Source: the human T2T-CHM13v2.0 reference genome, Homo sapiens
NCBI RefSeq assembly: GCF_009914755.1
Contig: NC_060925.1
Reading direction: 5' to 3' (one strand)
Length of the DNA stretch: 64,000 nt
Both the position numbers and the translations under genes were made by a program. Shown here one piece after another: positions 14,211 to 28,346 of this stretch; position 1 is the first letter of the stretch, and every line of letters starts with the position of its first letter. Below the pieces are notes generated by a model. It worked only from the letters and a program-made list of their open reading frames with translations. It ran no database searches and had not been told where the DNA came from.

Positions 14211-15079
14211 CATGGGAAATGGTTGGTGAATACGTGTCTTTTTGTATTGGGTTGGCTGCACTTTATTTATATATTATCCTGAATCTTTAGCTGTCAGATT
14301 TCATCACTAGCCCCACACCTAAGATCTCCTCTGCCCTGTAGCGATAATGCTGGGATTCACTTCCCAAATTCCTTTCTTCTAATGGTTCCAAGTTCAAGCT
14401 TGACAATGAGAAGACAAAGAAGAGAAGAAGGCATGATTCTCAAAAAATCGTGCCTACCAGACGCTGTGGCTTCTCAGTCTTTTCCAGCCACACATGGCAG
14501 ATTCTCAGACTCCATTGCAAGTTCTTGTTCATTTCAAGATTTTTGCAGCATCTCAAACTTCTCTGTGAGCTCTGGCGTCCCCACCCACTGCAGTGCCGCA
14601 GGTGGAAGTCCTGAGTGACTGTGTCCCCACCCTCCCACGTGTAGCCTTCCAGACCTTCACCTCCAGCAGCTTCCACATTTATGTTATTCACACTTTTGAT
14701 ACGAGACTCCTTTCCCTACATAATACTAGTAGTCTCTCTCCCTCCCTCTCTCTCTCTTTCTTTCTTTCTCTCTTTTTTTCCTGCCCCAGACACAGACTGA
14801 TACACTACATTCCATAAACATTTTCTTTGTAGTTAGAGAATCCTGTGATGGGTGAGGCTCTGGGACTGCAGAGCTAAAAACGTGGTCCTCCTTGAAAAAG
14901 CTGAAAATCTAATGAAAGGATAGAAAAGCGAGCACAAGGTACAAGAGATCACATAGGAAGCTCACCTCACGTAGCCTGGGGAGGTCAGGAGACAGCCTTA
15001 GGAAAAGGCAAAATCTAAGCTAAAATCACCTAGGTTCCCTTGCTACCTCTTCTCACATAGCAGAAACGTGTCTCAATTT

Positions 15080-15665
15080 TCAGCATCAAAATTATTCTGA
15101 GTTATCTCTGAATACAATTTGCTTTGTGTGACTTAAATGTAAACATGTTTGCCAACAATAAGCATTTTCTCTGAAATCACTCTGACCACAGAAATGCCTA
15201 GGCATTTAATTTTTATCTTTGCATGCACAGTATTTTGGAGAGTTTCTACACAAAATGCTCAAGTGTTTGGCTTTGCCTTATTTGAAACAATTCAATTTCC
15301 ATCTAAGGAATCCCTGAACAAGGCAGTTTCAAAGTTCCCTCAGTGACTGAGCACACCCGCCCAGGAGTGTATCATCAGCATAAAGATACACACAACACTC
15401 AGAACCCTGCCTTGTCAGCTCATTTATAAAGATCATAAATAACAATGGTCCAAGGATTGATCCCTGAGGAACCCCCATAATGACATCCATTAAATCTGAC
15501 ATGACACTGTTTAATAACACAAGTGGTATGTGCCCTCTTAAGTAGCTAGCACACCAATTAATTAAGGATGATGCCATACCTAGTCCATTACATTTATCCA
15601 GCAAAGAAGTATGTGCTACCAATTAGAAAATAAAACGATGTTTGAAGCAACACCAGTTATTTATC
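15080..15665 (-). mobile_element. Ancient CR1/L2-group LINE reverse-transcriptase fragment (core open frame 15329-15622)
   Basis: VAHTSLLDK...INWCASYL...GVPQGSILGPLLFMIFINEL...LYADDT; frameshifted KCLGI (KYLG-like) near 15193-15207; ITGVA upstream. Confidence 0.9.
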
Positions 15666-15774
15666 TAAGAGAAGATCTCTTGACATGAGCTGTAACCCTG
15701 AGATGACTGTGTGCACACGCCCCCTCCTTCTGTGAGCTGTGACTATGTTGACATTTTATTTTACTATGGAAAGA

Positions 15775-16010
15775 GAGGCATGATTTTAACTTGGAAATGA
15801 CCCTTAGATATCACAACCACGATCTTTTTAGTGAAGGCATACTTAGGAATAATTGCAGTAGATGGAGCTTTGAAGTAATAATCTTGCGTGCTCACTTAAA
15901 TAGTTAATAGGACAATCTACTGCATTGGTACTTCACAGGAAGCCATTTCCACATCTTTACACCATTGAGTGAAATCTAAAACCTTGTCCAATGCCAGCTT
16001 TCCTTGCCAA
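15775..16010 (-). mobile_element. Degenerate L3/CR1 or MIR3 3'-end fragment
   Basis: ttggaaatgacccttagatatca and tacttcacaggaagccatttccac...gagtgaaatct resemble an antisense CR1 3' end. Confidence 0.45.
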
Positions 16011-16245
16011 TTTATCTTCAGTTAAAGAGCTGTAAATAATTGCTGGTAAAATGCATAAAGGGAAGAAACAACAGAAATGACATTGGCAGTCTATACAGTG
16101 CTGGGGAAAAGGGAAAGAGAGAAAATTACTTTTATATTTATGAACAGGGAAGGGGACTATAAGAATAAAGATCCTCTTATCTTAGAAGCTGTGGGAAAGG
16201 AAGAGAGGAAGGGAGGAACATGTTTGGCCTCTCCAGCCGCCCAAG

Positions 16246-16320
16246 ATAATGATGATGATAATGTTACATGATTGCACTTAATGATGTTGTATCAATTTAT
16301 GATGATGATCATGATGAGTT
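16246..16320. repeat. Degenerate (GAT)n low-complexity tract
   Basis: Seen directly. Confidence 0.7.
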
Positions 16321-16619
16321 TTAACTTGAATCATGTAATGTCCCTTTATCGGGAGGAAGATAGAAGAGAAAAGAGATGGGAAAGGAAAATGGAAAAGAAA
16401 GGCAAAGCAAGAGGAGAAACACGGCAACTGAAGAGGAAAGGGGAGATGAATCTACTTAGTCTTTTTATTGTCAATACTAGTTAATTTAGTATTTTTAATA
16501 TCATATTAGTATGGTCTTTTTTTTTCAAAATACAAGATGCATCTGGTAATGAAGTTTCTTTTGAAATAATAAACTTTCAATACACTTATGAAAAAATAGA
16601 GAGAAATAAGGAAAAAATT

Positions 16620-17356
16620 AATTTTCCTTTATGTGGCATTAAGATAGCCATCCTCAATTTTCTAGCAAATTTTGATAATTAGGCGCATTCTTAATTGTAG
16701 ATGAGGCTCCTAATTATACAATTAAGGTTTAAAACTTTTGAAATCCTAATATAGGGAGTGCTTTCATGTGCCCTTTTTGTTATCCACTTGCTTTCCCTTA
16801 GATAAGTGTCCAGAAACAGGGTTAGACTAGAGAACAAAAAGGCCCTGGTAAAAACATGGTCAGTGTTCTCCCTCTTGCAGAAAAAGCCAACTGAACAAAT
16901 GGCTCTTGCCCCATGGGTCAATTCAAGCCTGGTCAGCGTAAATCCTCCTTCTAATATCAGAAACTCTCCTATCCTTCCTTAGACGCAGCTGCAGCAACCT
17001 CTTTACTGGAGGAGGCTGTGTTGAGTGCTTGACATTTGAAAGCTGCTTATTTCTTCAAAAACTTCAGCCTTTACAAACATAAAAGTCATAAGTTTTCTAT
17101 AATTACTATCTGGGGCAAGTGTGAATTGGCTATAGATTGCAAAATAGCTTCTGTTGGATTTGGTTGCTATTACAAGGGTTTAAAAAATAAGAAGAAAGGC
17201 GCGTGTATGAAAGCACTCTCCATATTAGAATTTCAAAAGGCTTAAAACCTTAATTGTATAATTAGGGGCTCACCCACAATTAAGAGTGTACCTAATTATC
17301 AAAACTTTCCAGAAAATTAAGGATGGCTATCTTAATGCCACACATAAAGGGAAATT
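16620..17356. repeat. Long inverted repeat: arms 16620-16767 and 17207-17356, spacer 439 bp
   Basis: Manual alignment of the left arm to the reverse complement of the right arm: ~16 mismatches and 4 gap bases over ~151 columns. Confidence 0.95.
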
Positions 17357-17509
17357 GAGGTGTTGCAGAGATTGAGGTTGATGTGAGATATCTCAGCGAG
17401 ATGCTATAAAATTCAGGCCCCTGGTGACTGATTGCTTGTGACAAATCTGAAACCTAAATGTGACATTTGTGAAACCTAAGTGTCCATGATACAGTTACAT
17501 ATTTTACAT

Positions 17510-17715
17510 CAGTGCTATTCAAAGTGTGGTCCATAGACTAACAGCATGTGTATCACCTGTGAGGGTGTTAGAAGTGCAAATTCTTAGGCCTCACCGCAAT
17601 CCAACTGAATCAGAATCCCTTGGCATGGAGCCCAGAAATCTGTGCTCTGACAAGCTCACTCTTGAGGTGATTCTGTTGCTCATGAAATTTTGAGAGGCCT
17701 CAGAACTATTTGAAA
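17510..17715. mobile_element. MER5A (hAT-Charlie MITE)
   Basis: cagtgctattcaaagtgtggtcc...gttagaagtgcaaattcttaggcctcacc...actgaatcagaatc. Confidence 0.88.
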
Positions 17716-18418
17716 ATACCATTTACTTAATTTCATCTTTCTTACTACACTTTTTTTCCTTGTGTGTGGACTGCAAGTTTTAATTAAATTCCATAATTAC
17801 TCACCTTTGAGATGTTACTGCAGTCGGAAGTGTCTGCTAGTATTTGGGAATTTCATGGAAACATCTTCAACGTAGCGTCTTTCTTCAATGAATTGTATCT
17901 GTTTCTGATATGGTTTTAGCTTCATTGATTTATTTGTTTGTTTATTGTGAGAATTAATTTTACATGTCAACTTGGTTGAATCAGGGAATGTCCATATATC
18001 TGGAGCACCCTGATTAATACATTTATTTATTTATTCCCTTTCCCACCCTCAATTTTACATTCATTCACTAGTTATAATTGTGCCCTTCTGTGTCTTCAAA
18101 AGTCAGTTCATTCTCAACTCTCCCCAACCTACTGGAGATTCCTAATAAGTTGTCTCTGTGTATTTAACAAACTTCAATCTGCCAGTATCTTTATTATCAA
18201 CTGTCAGTCTACTCTTCTCTCTTTGATTTAGAACAGGATGAGATCTTCCCAGTGACAGCTTCATTTTCTTTTCAGCCTGCCCAAGCGCAATGCTCACAAG
18301 CAACCATCCTGCTCCCATACCATCCCTGTTCTCACCAGCAGATGAAGGCAATCATCTACCATCTTGCCACTTCTGCAGCATTAAATACAACTCTCCTGCA
18401 AAACCTTAGTAGCATTCC

Positions 18419-19213
18419 TTTTTTTTCCTTTTATTATACTTTAGGTTCTGGGGTACATGGGCAGAACATGCAGGTTTGTTACATAGGTATACATGTGCCA
18501 TGGTGGTTTGCTGCACCCTCAACCCATCACGTATATTAGGCATTTCTCCTAATGCTATCCCTTCCCTAGCCCCACACTCCCTGACAGGCCCCGGTGTGTG
18601 ATGTTCCTCTCCCTGTGTCCAAGTGTTCTCATTGTTCAACTCCCACTTATGAGTGAGAACATCCAGTGTTTGGTTTTCTGTTCCTGTGTTAGTTTGCTAA
18701 GAATGATGGTTTCCAGCTTCATCCATGTCCCTGCAAAGGACATGAACTCATCCTTTTTTATGGCTGCATAGTATTCCATGGTACATATGTGCCACATTTT
18801 CTTTATCCGGTCTATTATTGATGGACATTCGGGTTGGTTCCAAGTCTTTGCTATTGTGAATAGTGCCACAATAAACATATGTGTGCATGTGTCTTTATAG
18901 TAGAATGATTTATAATCCTTTGAGTATATACCCAGTAATGAAATTGCTGGGTCAAATGGTATTTCTAGTTCCAGATCCTTGAGGAATTGTCACACTGTCT
19001 TCCACAATAGTTGAACTAATTTTTGCAGCCAACAAACATATGAAAAAAAGCTCATTATCACTGATCATTAGAGAAATGCAAATCAAAATCACAATGAGAT
19101 ACCGTCTCACACCAGTTAGAATGGTGATCATTAAAAAGTCAGGAAACAACAGATGCTGGAGAGGACGTGGAGAAATAGGAACACTTTTACACTGTTGGTG
19201 GGAGTGTAAATCA
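18419..19213 (-). mobile_element. L1PA7-like element with 5' inversion (twin priming)
   Basis: 18419-19021 is an antisense 3' end; 19024-19210 is the immediately upstream ORF2 segment in opposite orientation; TSD ca(t/g)tcctttttttt at 18413-18426 and 19212-19225. Confidence 0.93.
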
Positions 19214-21599
19214 GTCCTTTTTTTTTTGCTTTACCATTCTTGATATGCTAGGATCTTTGTAAATTTTTTAAATCATTCTTTCCACTAGCTTTCCTGAACC
19301 AATCTGATGCCCTCAGTAGCTGGCAGAAGGAATGAAAAGATCACCAGAGGCTTTGGTGGTGGGTTTCTGTCCTGTGGGAGGCCTGTGACCTTTCTTTGCC
19401 ATTGGCAGGGTTGCTGTGCTGCAGTAAGTCCCTCTTTAGAGATTTTCTTTAGTAGGTTTTCAAAGATTCACTCAGTAGACTGAAATGTCCCTGCTCAATA
19501 GAGATTGATTGTGAACAGTGATTCTGAGAGGCTAATACAGGAGAGAGACTCCCCTGCTGGGAAAGCAATGTCCTGCGGAGGGGTTGGGGGAAAGGCATGT
19601 TGGCTGCTATGATATCTGATTGTTTTCCTTCCCTTTTTTGATTTCACAGAGGCAAATCCCTAGGCTTGTAAGGCTGCTTTAAAATTTCTCTGTCCATGGG
19701 TCTTTAATCAGTGATTTCACCTTTGTTATTTTACATGTATCAGACTTAACATTTCTCTCTCCTATTTTCCATTTATTTTTCATATAACTTCTATTCTTTT
19801 TTTCTTTATCTCTTTAACTTGGAACAAGGAAAGCATCAAATGGTAAATATTTACATTGTCTTCCTTTTGTACTTTTTAAAGAAATTGGTTGTAGAGGAAG
19901 AACCAATGTTTTGCTGAGCAATAGATGAGAGTTCATATGGGAAAGTCAGGAGAAGGTTGAATTATTGTGTAGGGCAAAAAAAAAAAAAAGGTGAGGTGGG
20001 GCAATATATGAACCTGGAGGCAGCCCAAGGGTACAAGGACCAGACAGGAGAGTGGGAGTGAAGTGGCCCAAAAAAGAGGATGGGGTAGAGAAGTGTGGAG
20101 GGTGTTGAGAGAAAAGTTTTCATGGGAGAGTGAGAAGAAACATTTGCAAACAAAGAGAGATACACTTTGAGGAAAATGAGAAATGGTCAAGGAAATGTTT
20201 AGAAAATCTAATTGGATATAAAATGAATGTTCTTTACCTCATTCTTCTAAGAAAACTTCACTAAAAAATTTAACTTGCCATCGTGCTTTGGAGTTAGATA
20301 AGTCCATTTCTTTAAGAGAATATTGAGACTTTCATCAGTTATATTTGAGTTTAAAATTTTCGTTTTCATGGGAGGAAAAAACTGTAATTTTTAAAAGAAG
20401 ACGTACCATGCAAATTGAATGAAGGATATAAAAGACTGATTTTAGAGGTGCTATTTTACAGTGACTCCTTTCTTGTTTTACTTTCTTCAGGTCTTTCCCA
20501 GGAAATTGCTTATTCCTAGGCATGCATGAGTTTCAGATTGAGAAATCTCTTGCATTTGTACACATATAAAAAAACTCATATCGCAAGTGCTACATACACT
20601 AGCCAAATAATTGCAAGCTTCATGACTCTTGGGCAATATAACATCCATGGTGTCTACACAAATACTGAGACACTAAAGTTGTGCAACATTAGTCCTATAG
20701 AAGCCAATATGCTAGCGTGTGCCCTATGAATCCCTATTAATGTTGATAAGGAGTTGTAATTTCACAATTCTTATGACAATTGCCACAAGTGGAAAAATGT
20801 TACTGAAATAATTCTAGTGGTGCAGTGAATACATTAAATTCTGGAAATAGAATTGATGAGAACACTTGATTTCAGTTCAATATTTTTGTGGGTTCTATTT
20901 TGTACACAGATAATGTAAAAACTCCAAAATTTTGGCAAAACTATTTATTTTAAAAGATCTAAGCTTTAAATGTTTACTTTTAAATTATTATTAACCTTAA
21001 ACTTGGTCCTTAGCTAATCAGTGATGTTGAAACACCCAGAATCCATCAATTCTTTGGTCATTTTTGGTCAACTGATTCTTTACTCTTTGGCCAATCCTTG
21101 GTCATATTGATGCAAATATTTCTAGACTATATTCGATAATTTATTTCCATTGTAGACTGACAGTGCTGAGATCACATGGTTTAAAATAAGTTCCGATTTG
21201 TTCCTAGTATCTTGACATTTGCCTTGATTGAACTTCTAGTCCTTGAGAATTATTTCTCCTTGTATAGTGCTATTAAAATTAATAATTTTCTTTTTCTTGA
21301 ACTCAGTGTCCAACGGTCTCGCTCTAGTACTTCTTTTTTAATCCTCTTATATTTACCTTCAGCATTTGTAGCCAGTTTAGCACTGGTTGCAGCCAACAGC
21401 AACATATATTGGTGTATTAGTCACTACCCATCACTAAATGATGATTCAATGGAGTGAGTTTAAAGTTCCAAGTCATCTAGATCAAAAGTAAAACAATTAC
21501 ATCATATGGATTGCTTAAATACAATATATTAGAATTATATTTGCTGTGTGTTGAACAAAAGGGCATTTTATTTTTCCATGTCTGGAAGTTGTCTGCATG

Positions 21600-21772
21600 T
21601 TGGCTCTGCCTCCCCAGCTCACTAAATAACCTTGTCAAAGTCATTTAACCTCTTAGTGTTTGTGTTCTCATCTGTAAAATGAGGATAATTATCCTTACCT
21701 ATCTCATAGGGATGGTGTTCAGATTAACTAATTAAAGATTAGAAACTGCTACAAAAATGCTCAGTATTATTA
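21600..21772 (+). mobile_element. MIR
   Basis: aagtcatttaacctc...ctcatctgtaaaatgaggataat...ctcatagggatggt. Confidence 0.85.
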
Positions 21773-22379
21773 AGGAAAACTGAAGTATTTTCAGTGCCAT
21801 TGGGTAAGAGTGCTATTTAGCAGCAATGACTCCCAACAAGTGTTTGATAGCCTGATAAGCTGCCAGCTCCTTCCCAGAGGAGAGATGACTTGCCCTGGGA
21901 CCTTGCCCTTCATTGCTGTTTTGTTAGCGAAACAGCATAGAGGCTGCCCATATAATACCCAGAAAGCTGGGATCAATGACACATTTCCTGACTCTGACAC
22001 ATTTGAAGAGCTGACAAGTGATGGCAAGATGTGCCACTTCAACCCAAAGAAACAATTATACCTGTCCAGAATGCAAAAATCCCTCTGGGATGCAGTTATT
22101 ATAATTGCAGTTTATAATATATCCTTATACAAAATGAACCCAGCTGTGGATTTTCTTTACAGGTTAAGAAATATTTGTGTACATCTTTAGATTTTACCTT
22201 TTGCCTGGCAGACTCATGGTATCTGGCAGACTCATTGGCAATAGATAAAGGTTTTCTGTCAAGGTTTTTACATCGGCATTTGCAGCACAACGGGCCTGAC
22301 TGTTCTTTTGCATCTTTCTGGATGCTGTCTCTTGGCAGTAGAGAATGAGACACAATCCTCAGGACTTTGCCCGGGTTCT

Positions 22380-23345
22380 TTTTTTTGATCTAAGGATGTT
22401 TCTGGATTCTATATACTCCTTTCTTCCCTCATTTCCATTGCTATAGTTGATGTTCTTATTCCTTTTCTTGGTTCAGTGTTCTAAGTCACTAACTGTCTGG
22501 TCCATTCTATGTGGGCACCCAAGTTGTATTCTTAAAACACAAAACCTATTGTTTAACTCTTTTGCTTAAAGACTTAAGGTCTTTGAAAATAAAATCTTTA
22601 AGAATAAAAAGTCTGTAAGAATGAAGTGCCTCTTAAGTGGCTCCCTTTAGTTATTGGGACAAAAGCCAGCTACTCAGTATGACAGTTGAGGTCCCTCACA
22701 TACAGTCTACAATTTACTTTACAGCAACATTGCCAGAATTACTGATCCTAAAAATCTTTCACTTGTGGGAACAGCTCCACACAACTAATAGTGTTTACTC
22801 TGTCTGAAATGTTCTTTTTTCTTAAGTTAAATGCTATTAGTCCATGAAGAATTTGTTCTAATGTCAGCTTTCCTTTGAAACTTTATCATCATCATCACCA
22901 CTTATAAAATGTCCTTTTCTTACAAATTCCATTGAAGTTTTTAGAAGAAATTTGGCTAGGTCCCAGTCTACATCTTCTGCTGTCTTTAAGGTGTGGGAAG
23001 TTGAGCACCCTTCTTGTTATCTTAGCTTCTTGTTATATTAATTGATGGTGTCAGGGGTAATAACTTACCTACTAAATAGGCTTGTTATTAGGATAAAATG
23101 AAATGAAATAATGCATGTGAAATTGCTTTGCAGCACATTAACTGTGAGACAGATATAAGTTATTGCTATAGTACTTATCACTTTGCCTTGTAGTTAGTTG
23201 TATAAGTGTTCCCTTCCCCTAATGTATTATGTAATCATATTAGGAGAAGAAACTGTTGTATAGTAAGCTTTGCATTACCCAGCATCTACAAGCATGTCTT
23301 GGATAAAGTAGTTGCTTAATAGATATTGGTTGAATGCATGAGAGG
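22380..23345 (+). mobile_element. L2 fragments with an embedded MIR (~22980-23170)
   Basis: L2 motifs and 3' end attggttgaatgcatga; MIR core ttgttattaggataaaatgaaat...atgcatgtgaaattgctt. Confidence 0.6.
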
Positions 23346-24699
23346 AGGCAAACAAGCAACATAAAGATTCCATGCTTATTTTCAGTTGTGTGGGGATTCC
23401 TTGCTTTCACCCAAGCCCCTTTTTTTCCTATGTCCATTCATCCAAAATGTGCAAGGCACTACTTGTTAGAAAAGAAATAGTGTGGAATGACTTTAAAAGA
23501 TGTACTCTTTACCTTCCTACATACTTAGAATGAAGAATGGGTTTTGAAAATTACTTACATTGAATCACTCCTGGGATTATAATAACAACAGCTTTTGTGA
23601 TTTCATTATTTACAAAATATAATTAACCTATAAAATTACTTGATTAAAAAAACCCTGTTCATATTGATGGGCAAATAAATATTCACTCATCATCAAATAT
23701 AATCGACTGAACAAGTCTTAACAATGCAGTGCATAAAATTGTTTAGTGCCTTAAGAGAATTGTAGTTTTTCCAATTACTATTAGGCACACACAAAAAAAC
23801 TCCTCTTGGCAACTATACTTTTCAAACTACGGAGATGCTAAGGGAGAAAATGGCACCAAAATAAAAACTTCCCCTCTTCTCTATGTTCTCTTTATAAGCT
23901 TAGACTTAAACATAGCTTATAAACGTTTAAATTTTAGGTGATAGCAAATTGAAAACTAATTAGAGTTTTCATGTATTAGAAATTCCATGGTTTTATGTTT
24001 TCAAATTTACAGTATTAGAAATTTTTCCATTGTTGACGAACATGATTTTTATATTTGTAGCATCATTTTATACAAAAACATTTCAGAGGATGGTGGTTAT
24101 TCAACATAGAATGGAATTCATATAGAAAGAAATTCAGAAAACAGGTTTGACAGAAGCAAAAAAGTTACTTGAAACTGTGTTTCTTAAAACTTAATTATAT
24201 TTTCCATAATCCAAAATGTTACTGAGTTCACCATTTGTCGGGCTACTGACAAAGCATTTTTTTCAAGATGGGAATGTAATTTATACTTTTCATTAAAAGC
24301 CTTTTCACTCTCAACTGAATAAAGCCAGCTGTTCTTTTCACTTCCTCTTCTATAGCAGCACATCATAAACATTTAGACCAGAGTTCTGGATGACACCGAA
24401 ACTGCTTATCCACAACTGTCTTTTTTCTAGAAGTCTGTTAGAGGATAGGAACTGGCAAAACGTAAAGAAAAGATACCTTAATCAGAGCTCTGCTGATTGC
24501 TTGATCCAGAGGAGTTTACCACCTATGAATAGCAAAGTGGTACTGTTATGAGATCATTTAACGGGTAGAGAAAAAACAATCCTGTAGTGGAGGAGTTGCC
24601 TTGATGCTTCTTTGTCCCTCTAGAGTTCCTGGGACTACCAGAAAGGAAATCTAGAATCCATGATTATAATCCCAAAAGAGAACAGCAAAAGCCTATTTG

Positions 24700-25140
24700 C
24701 TATCCTCCCTTATTTCTCTTCTAACTTTTGGCTATTTCTTCCTTCTCCCTTCTCTGGCTTCTCTTTACCTGCTGATATTTCTAAATGAAAACTTCTTCCA
24801 GAATCCACCACTGTTTCTTTTAGTGGATTCATCCTTTGCAAGGCTTCCACTTTGATTCCTAAGGGTGTGACTCCAGAGCTTTTTATTCTGTCATCTACTT
24901 TCTTCTGGGCTCAGGCCTGTGTAACTCACTCTTTGGATCTGTCTTTGGTATCTCTTCCGGTCTAATCCACCTGACACACTGCTATTAGATGGAATCATCC
25001 TGAAGTACATCTCTGATATTGTTACTTTTCTGCTCAAAAACTCAAGGTCGCTTTATCACCTACAGAAGAGATTCTAACTCTGTAAAAAAGGATTCAGGAT
25101 GCTTCACAATTTGTCTCATACTTTTTTTCCCTCTGATCTT
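24700..25140 (+). mobile_element. L2 (left part; continues at 28346-28747)
   Basis: L2-type motifs (ctaatccacctgacacactgctattagat, ctgctcaaaaactcaagg). Confidence 0.65.
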
Positions 25141-25180
25141 ATTATTATTTGATATATTTATATACTTTCATATCCTTGTC

Positions 25181-25442
25181 CAGTGCTGTCCAGTAGAAAT
25201 AGAATATGAGCCAGATACATAAGTTTAAATTATTTAATAGCCACATTAAAGTAAAAGTTAAAATTAGGAAATAAAAATACTTACTAATCTATTATATTTA
25301 TATTATTTATATATTTAAATGTATATGTAATTTATTCTATTCATATTATATATTTATATTTGTGCTTAAATCTATTTTAGTAAAAAAATAAAAGAAATAA
25401 TATAAATCAGATAATCAATATAAAAATTATTAATTAGATACT
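25181..25442 (+). mobile_element. MER33 left part (hAT-Charlie), with AT-rich expansion
   Basis: TIR-like start cagtgctgtccagtagaaatagaatatgagcca; ttaatagccacattaaa. Confidence 0.8.
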
Positions 25443-25977
25443 TATATGGTAACCAGCTTCCAAAATGATCCTCATTGATCTCTGCCAATGTTCACACCCT
25501 GTGTAGTCCCTTCCCACACTGTCAGGGTTGGTTGGTGCAATCAATAGAATATGGCAGATGGTATGTCACTTTTTAGGCTAGATTGTAAAAGACCTTGTGG
25601 CTTCTGCCTTGCATCATTGATTCTAGGGGAAGCCAGCTGCCTTGTAGTGAGTGCACTTAGGAGGGCCTGTGGAGAGGCCCATGTAGAGAGAAGCTGAGGA
25701 TTTCTGCCAACAACCAGGAAGGTACTGAGGTCTTCTGCCAATAGATGCAAAATTGATCCATCATGGAGCAGATTGTCCAGCTACAGTCAAGCTTCAGTTG
25801 ACAACCCCAGCTGATAGCTTGACTGCAAATTCATGAGGGAATCTGAAGTCAGAACAACCCAGCTAATCTGCTTCCATATTCCTGCCCCTCGGAGACTGTT
25901 TGAAATAATAAATATTAGTTGTTTTAAGATCCAAATTTTTGAGGCAATTTGTTATGCAACAATTTTAAACGAATACA
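25443..25977 (+). mobile_element. MLT1F-like 5' LTR
   Basis: ttcacaccctgtgtagtcccttcccac...ggggaagccagctgcc...ttgttatgcaacaat...aataca. Confidence 0.85.
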
Positions 25978-27713
<1,736 letters not shown>

Positions 27714-28223
27714 TTTGTTTCACATAGGTTCACAAATTATTTAATACTCTTCCTTTCAGAAGATGGAGTCAAATTTTCAGTGAAGAATTTCTAGTGGAAA
27801 GCATACAGCAAAGATGTTGGGTTTGACTTTGGAGACTAAGAAAAGACACTGTGACTTCCTGCTTGCTTTTTCTCTCTTTGGTCACTTACTCTGTGGGGAA
27901 GGCAGTTGCCTTTTCATGAGGACTCTTATCTATGGAGATGTAATGTGCAAGGAATTGAGGGTCTTGACCAACAGCCAGTGAGAATCTGAGGTCTCCTGCC
28001 AACATTGATGTGAGTCAGCTAAGAAGTGGATCCTCCAGCCTTACTGAAACCTTCAAATGTCTGTAGTACTGACATCTTTATTGCCACCTCAATAGAGATA
28101 TTGAATAAGAATTACTCTCAAATTTCTGATCCATGGAAACCATGAGGCAATTAATGTTAGTAGTTTTAAACTACTGATTTTCTAGGATAATTTGTTAAGG
28201 AGATTTATTAGATTACTAGTGCA
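27714..28223 (+). mobile_element. MLT1F-like 3' LTR
   Basis: cacaaattatttaatactcttcctttcagaagatggagtc...ggggaaggcagttgcc...gaagtggatcctccagcc...gataatttgtta. Confidence 0.8.
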
Positions 28224-28346
28224 TTTTACAATCTCTTTTAAAAAATACTAAGTCTTTTAAATTGAGTGTATATTTTATATTTATGGCACATTTCAATGCG
28301 GATTAACCTTCATTTCAAGTGTTCAGTAGCCATATTTGCCTAGTGT
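28224..28346 (+). mobile_element. MER33 right part
   Basis: tactaagtctt...tgtatattttatatttatggcacatttcaat...catttcaagtgttcagtagccata...tattagtgcag. Confidence 0.8.

Noticed and set aside
14382-14691. Overlapping ORFs in a GC-richer patch, possible processed pseudogene
   Set aside because: No recognisable protein similarity, polyA or TSD
21810-22190. 126-aa ORF in unique sequence
   Set aside because: GTG start, no recognisable domain or exon structure; length compatible with chance
24184-24372. Zinc-finger-like string EKAFNEKYKLHSH
   Set aside because: Lacks both cysteines and the second histidine; no neighbouring fingers or TGEKP linker
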